Assembly: GCA_031278075.1 (NCBI GenBank)
Contig: JAITLE010000170.1
Span: forward strand, 1 to 41,733
DNA from: Bifidobacteriaceae bacterium
Lineage (GTDB): Bacteria; Actinomycetota; Actinomycetes; Actinomycetales; WQXJ01
Direction of reading: 5' to 3'
DNA length: 41,733 bases
This document shows positions 39,125 through 41,733 of this stretch, piece after piece. Numbering within the stretch: position 1 is the stretch's first letter; the number at the start of each line of letters is the position of its first letter. A program made the translations under genes and the position numbers. The notes under the pieces are model-generated. The model had not been told where the DNA came from. It was given only the letters and a program-made list of their open reading frames with translations, and made no database searches.

Positions 39125-40584
39125 ATCGTCACCGGCCCGAACTCGCTTTGGGCGGCCAACAGATCGAGCCGCGCGCCGTCCCAGATCCCGAAGGCCTCCA
39201 AGCGCGATCCGAGGAGCGCCACGGGGCACGGCCGCGCCAGCGGGAGAGCCACGGCGCCGCCGCCCCACCACAGTTGGACACCGCCCCCTTGCACGATTCC
39301 GCCCGGCCCCAACAGCGCAGGCGCCTCCAGTTCCCACGGGGCCGCGTCCCATAGCTGGCGGCAGGCGGCCAAGGGGTCGAACTCGGTCCCGCCGGGCGCG
39401 GGCGCTGGCCACGCGAGACGCTCACGCACCGGCTCTTGGGTCGCGATCACCGCCCGGACGGGCGGCCCGCCGGGGTAATACACCAGCTCCGCCGCGATTT
39501 GGCGGCCTGCCGGCATCTGGGCCGGCGCCCGCGGCGCCGTCACCGGGTAATAGTCCTGCAGCAACGCGCAAGGCGGTCCTTCACCGAGGTTGATCAGCCA
39601 GGTGGCGTGCGAGATCAGCCTGTCCCGCCGCGTTGTGACGCGGCTGCCCGCCACCTCCCAGACCGAGGTTGTGCGCAAGGCGCGCGGGTCGGCGAGCACC
39701 GCGGCCCGCTGTTCGGCCACGCCCACTGCCCGCCGGATGTGTGGCGCGGTCGGATCGGCCCGCCAGGCTTGGGCCAGCAGAACCAGTTTTCCGAGTTCCC
39801 GGACGGCTTGCCGCGCCCGCTCGGCGCTGGGCAGGGCGAACAGGCGGGCAGGCATCTCGTCCACGCGGGAGGCGAGCGACCCCGCCTTGTGGTCCACCAG
39901 CCGGGCCGCGATGCGGCGGCAGCGTTGCGGGGCTTCAGCGACCAGCCGGGTGAGGCCAGCGCGGAGTTGGTCGGAGATCCAGTCCTCGAGCTCGTCGAGT
40001 CCGGCAGCGATCGAGGCTTCCGTCGCCGCCCGCCTGGCCTGGGATCTGACGTCGTCTTGGGGCGCCTCGGCTGAGAACAATGCGATCTCGCCGCCGGGCG
40101 GGAAGTGCTCGGAGGCGATGAGTCGATCCGCGGGGCCGGACACGTCGGTCAGGGGCCGTGTCGCTGTGGGCTGGGGGGCCCCGCCCAAGCCGGGCCGAGC
40201 GGACGGCATCGGGCGCTGGGACGTCGTCGCGGGCTTGGGCGCCTGGCGGCCCTGACTCGGACGGCGGCGGCCGAGCCACTCGCCCACCCACTCGGGGGCG
40301 GCGCAGGGCACTATCGCGCTGGCGTCGGTCGCGGCGATCAACATCAGCGCGAGCACATGTTTACAGGGCGCCTTGCGGGAGGGGCAGGTGCAGCGATACC
40401 CCATGTCACGGGCGTCCACGCCGACCTGATACGGGTTCGCGCCGGAACCCTGGCACTCGCCCCAGAGGATCAAGGCCTGCGAGCCGAGCACCGGCCAGAG
40501 CGTGAGCTTGGTCAGGCCGCGGGCGGCTTTGAGCGCCGCCTGGTCGGGGGCCAGCGCCTCGACCCGGGGGATCTCAAACCACAT
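39121..40584 (-). CDS. SWIM zinc-finger protein
   Basis: The SWIM signature is CxCx6CxH (YRCTCPSRKAPCKHVLA) near the N-terminus. It is followed by a Pro/Gly-rich linker and an unassigned C-terminal domain of about 300 aa. Confidence 0.85.
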   Translation of the reverse strand: MWFEIPRVEALAPDQAALKAARGLTKLTLWPVLGSQALILWGECQGSGANPYQVGVDARDMGYRCTCPSRKAPCKHVLALMLIAATDASAIVPCAAPEWVGEWLGRRRPSQGRQAPKPATTSQRPMPSARPGLGGAPQPTATRPLTDVSGPADRLIASEHFPPGGEIALFSAEAPQDDVRSQARRAATEASIAAGLDELEDWISDQLRAGLTRLVAEAPQRCRRIAARLVDHKAGSLASRVDEMPARLFALPSAERARQAVRELGKLVLLAQAWRADPTAPHIRRAVGVAEQRAAVLADPRALRTTSVWEVAGSRVTTRRDRLISHATWLINLGEGPPCALLQDYYPVTAPRAPAQMPAGRQIAAELVYYPGGPPVRAVIATQEPVRERLAWPAPAPGGTEFDPLAACRQLWDAAPWELEAPALLGPGGIVQGGGVQLWWGGGAVALPLARPCPVALLGSRLEAFGIWDGARLDLLAAQSEFGPVTM

Positions 40585-40681
40585 GGAGACACCTGCCTAG
40601 GGGTAACCGTTCCGGGGCCAACTACAAGGGTGGCACAGGCGCGCGTCGCGCCGCGCTCCCCGCCGGGCGCATGGGGCCTCG

Positions 40682-41557
40682 TTATCCGCCCAGCACCTCT
40701 GCTAATTCGAGCGACCGGGCCGAATCAGCTTCAAACAGCGGCCCTGGGGTCGGCTCTGCGACGACGATATTCGGGTACACAAGGCCCTCGTCGCCGAATG
40801 CGACACCCGCGAACGGGCATTCGGCGATCAGAGCGCGCAGTTCGTCAGGCGTGACCGTCAAGGGGATGACGATCTCCGGGCGCGTCGCGTAATCGTCTGC
40901 GACGGGCGGGTCGGTGTCTTTGATCTGCGGATAGCCGGCCGCGCGGGCGCAGGCCGCCCAGTTGTTGGAGGCCTCGGCTGCCGCGGTCTTCTCCTCGAGT
41001 TCTAGCGTTGGGTCGGACACTTCGGCCGGCTCGAAATAGCCGGACATCACGAAGCATTCGGCGTACTCCGCCGAGCGGTCGATCCCTTGGATCATCAGCT
41101 TGGGGCTGGTCGGCTCGTTCTGGCTGATGTCCTCGAAGAACGCCTTCGACACCGCGTCCATGTCAGACCCGTCCGCTTCGAGGAAGCTGTTCCACACCCC
41201 GTCGATCGGGTTCCAGGCCACGGCCTGCGAGACTATCAACGCCACCAGCGCGGTCGAGTCGTCGATATCCCACAGCGCCGCCGAGATCTCGTTCTCGAGC
41301 AGACACTCTTGGAACGCGACGGCGGTGTCGCGCTGCGAGCCGCTGGTCTCAGAGCCGCTCGGCTGCGCACCACTCGCCGGCGAGTCGCTCGCCGCCCCTG
41401 ACGGCGTGGCCGCCGGCGGGGTTCCGGCCGAGCAGCCCGCCCAGCCGAACCCGCCCGCCAATCCGACCGTCAACACGAACGCGCGCGCCACCGGCCACGC
41501 CGCCGGGCGCCGCGGCCCCATCCGGGTGGCCTTGGATCTCGCGCGCCGCGTCGTCAC
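40682..41557 (-). CDS. Four-cysteine secreted lipoprotein of unknown function (distant paralogue of the 31088..31732 gene)
   Basis: The lipobox is GFGWAGC after FVLTVGLAG, followed by a Ser/Pro/Gly-rich linker and a domain with Cys in the contexts QEC, AEC, AAC and AEC. The start is GTG 41557 or ATG 41521. Confidence 0.75.
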   Translation of the reverse strand: MTTRRARSKATRMGPRRPAAWPVARAFVLTVGLAGGFGWAGCSAGTPPAATPSGAASDSPASGAQPSGSETSGSQRDTAVAFQECLLENEISAALWDIDDSTALVALIVSQAVAWNPIDGVWNSFLEADGSDMDAVSKAFFEDISQNEPTSPKLMIQGIDRSAEYAECFVMSGYFEPAEVSDPTLELEEKTAAAEASNNWAACARAAGYPQIKDTDPPVADDYATRPEIVIPLTVTPDELRALIAECPFAGVAFGDEGLVYPNIVVAEPTPGPLFEADSARSLELAEVLGG

Positions 41558-41733
41558 ATTTCCACACTACCGCCGCGAGTCGGCGCGCCGAGGGTCATTC
41601 ACGTCGCCGCCGTGGCCGGGTCACACTTTGACTTGGTCCCTGACATCATCTACGTCAGCGACCGGGCAGCCAGGCCGCCGCTTGTCGGGCTTTCGGGCGG
41701 AGCCCGGCCCCGAAACCCGCCCATCTGCGTTTC

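Overview
This is a very GC-rich stretch of actinobacterial-type chromosome; codon third positions are almost all G or C. All calls rest on reading the sequence, the supplied ORF track and motif recognition from memory. No database search was run.

Gene content from left to right:
- 1-2413 (-): a large secreted Gly-rich beta-helix-repeat surface protein. It runs off the window start, so it is missing from the ORF track.
- sdaA (-).
- An OmpR-type response regulator, a short-loop histidine kinase and an ABC-2 exporter (+).
- kgd (+), guaB (+), a YbaK-like editing protein (-), guaB3 (-) and a DEDDh exonuclease (+).
- A monocistronic groES (-) with a perfect CIRCE operator.
- A DAO-type FAD oxidoreductase (-).
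- A DsbA-like/VKOR pair (+).
- A decayed MFS/mannitol-dehydrogenase locus next to a vapBC toxin-antitoxin pair.
- A polytopic GT-C-like membrane protein (-).
- A GAF histidine kinase with a LuxR-type regulator (+).
- An SDR, FixA, FixB, FAD-flavoprotein, FixC, FixX cluster (+).
- A duplicated four-Cys lipoprotein locus.
- IS and integrase remnants abutting the 3' end of ssrA (tmRNA, -).
- dCMP deaminase (-).
- A tightly coupled five-gene operon (-): SWIM zinc finger, helical protein, MoxR-like AAA+ ATPase, large IRHHGPGS-motif protein and vWA protein.
- A second four-Cys lipoprotein (-).

The best candidate for an uncharacterised system is the SWIM/AAA+/vWA operon at 33112-40584. Its fourth gene carries an in-frame TAG at codon 5. 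The second candidate is the Fix electron-transfer cluster with a reductase-like flavoprotein inserted between fixB and fixC.

I saw no rRNA, tRNA or CRISPR array. The many long ORFs antisense to real genes are GC artefacts.
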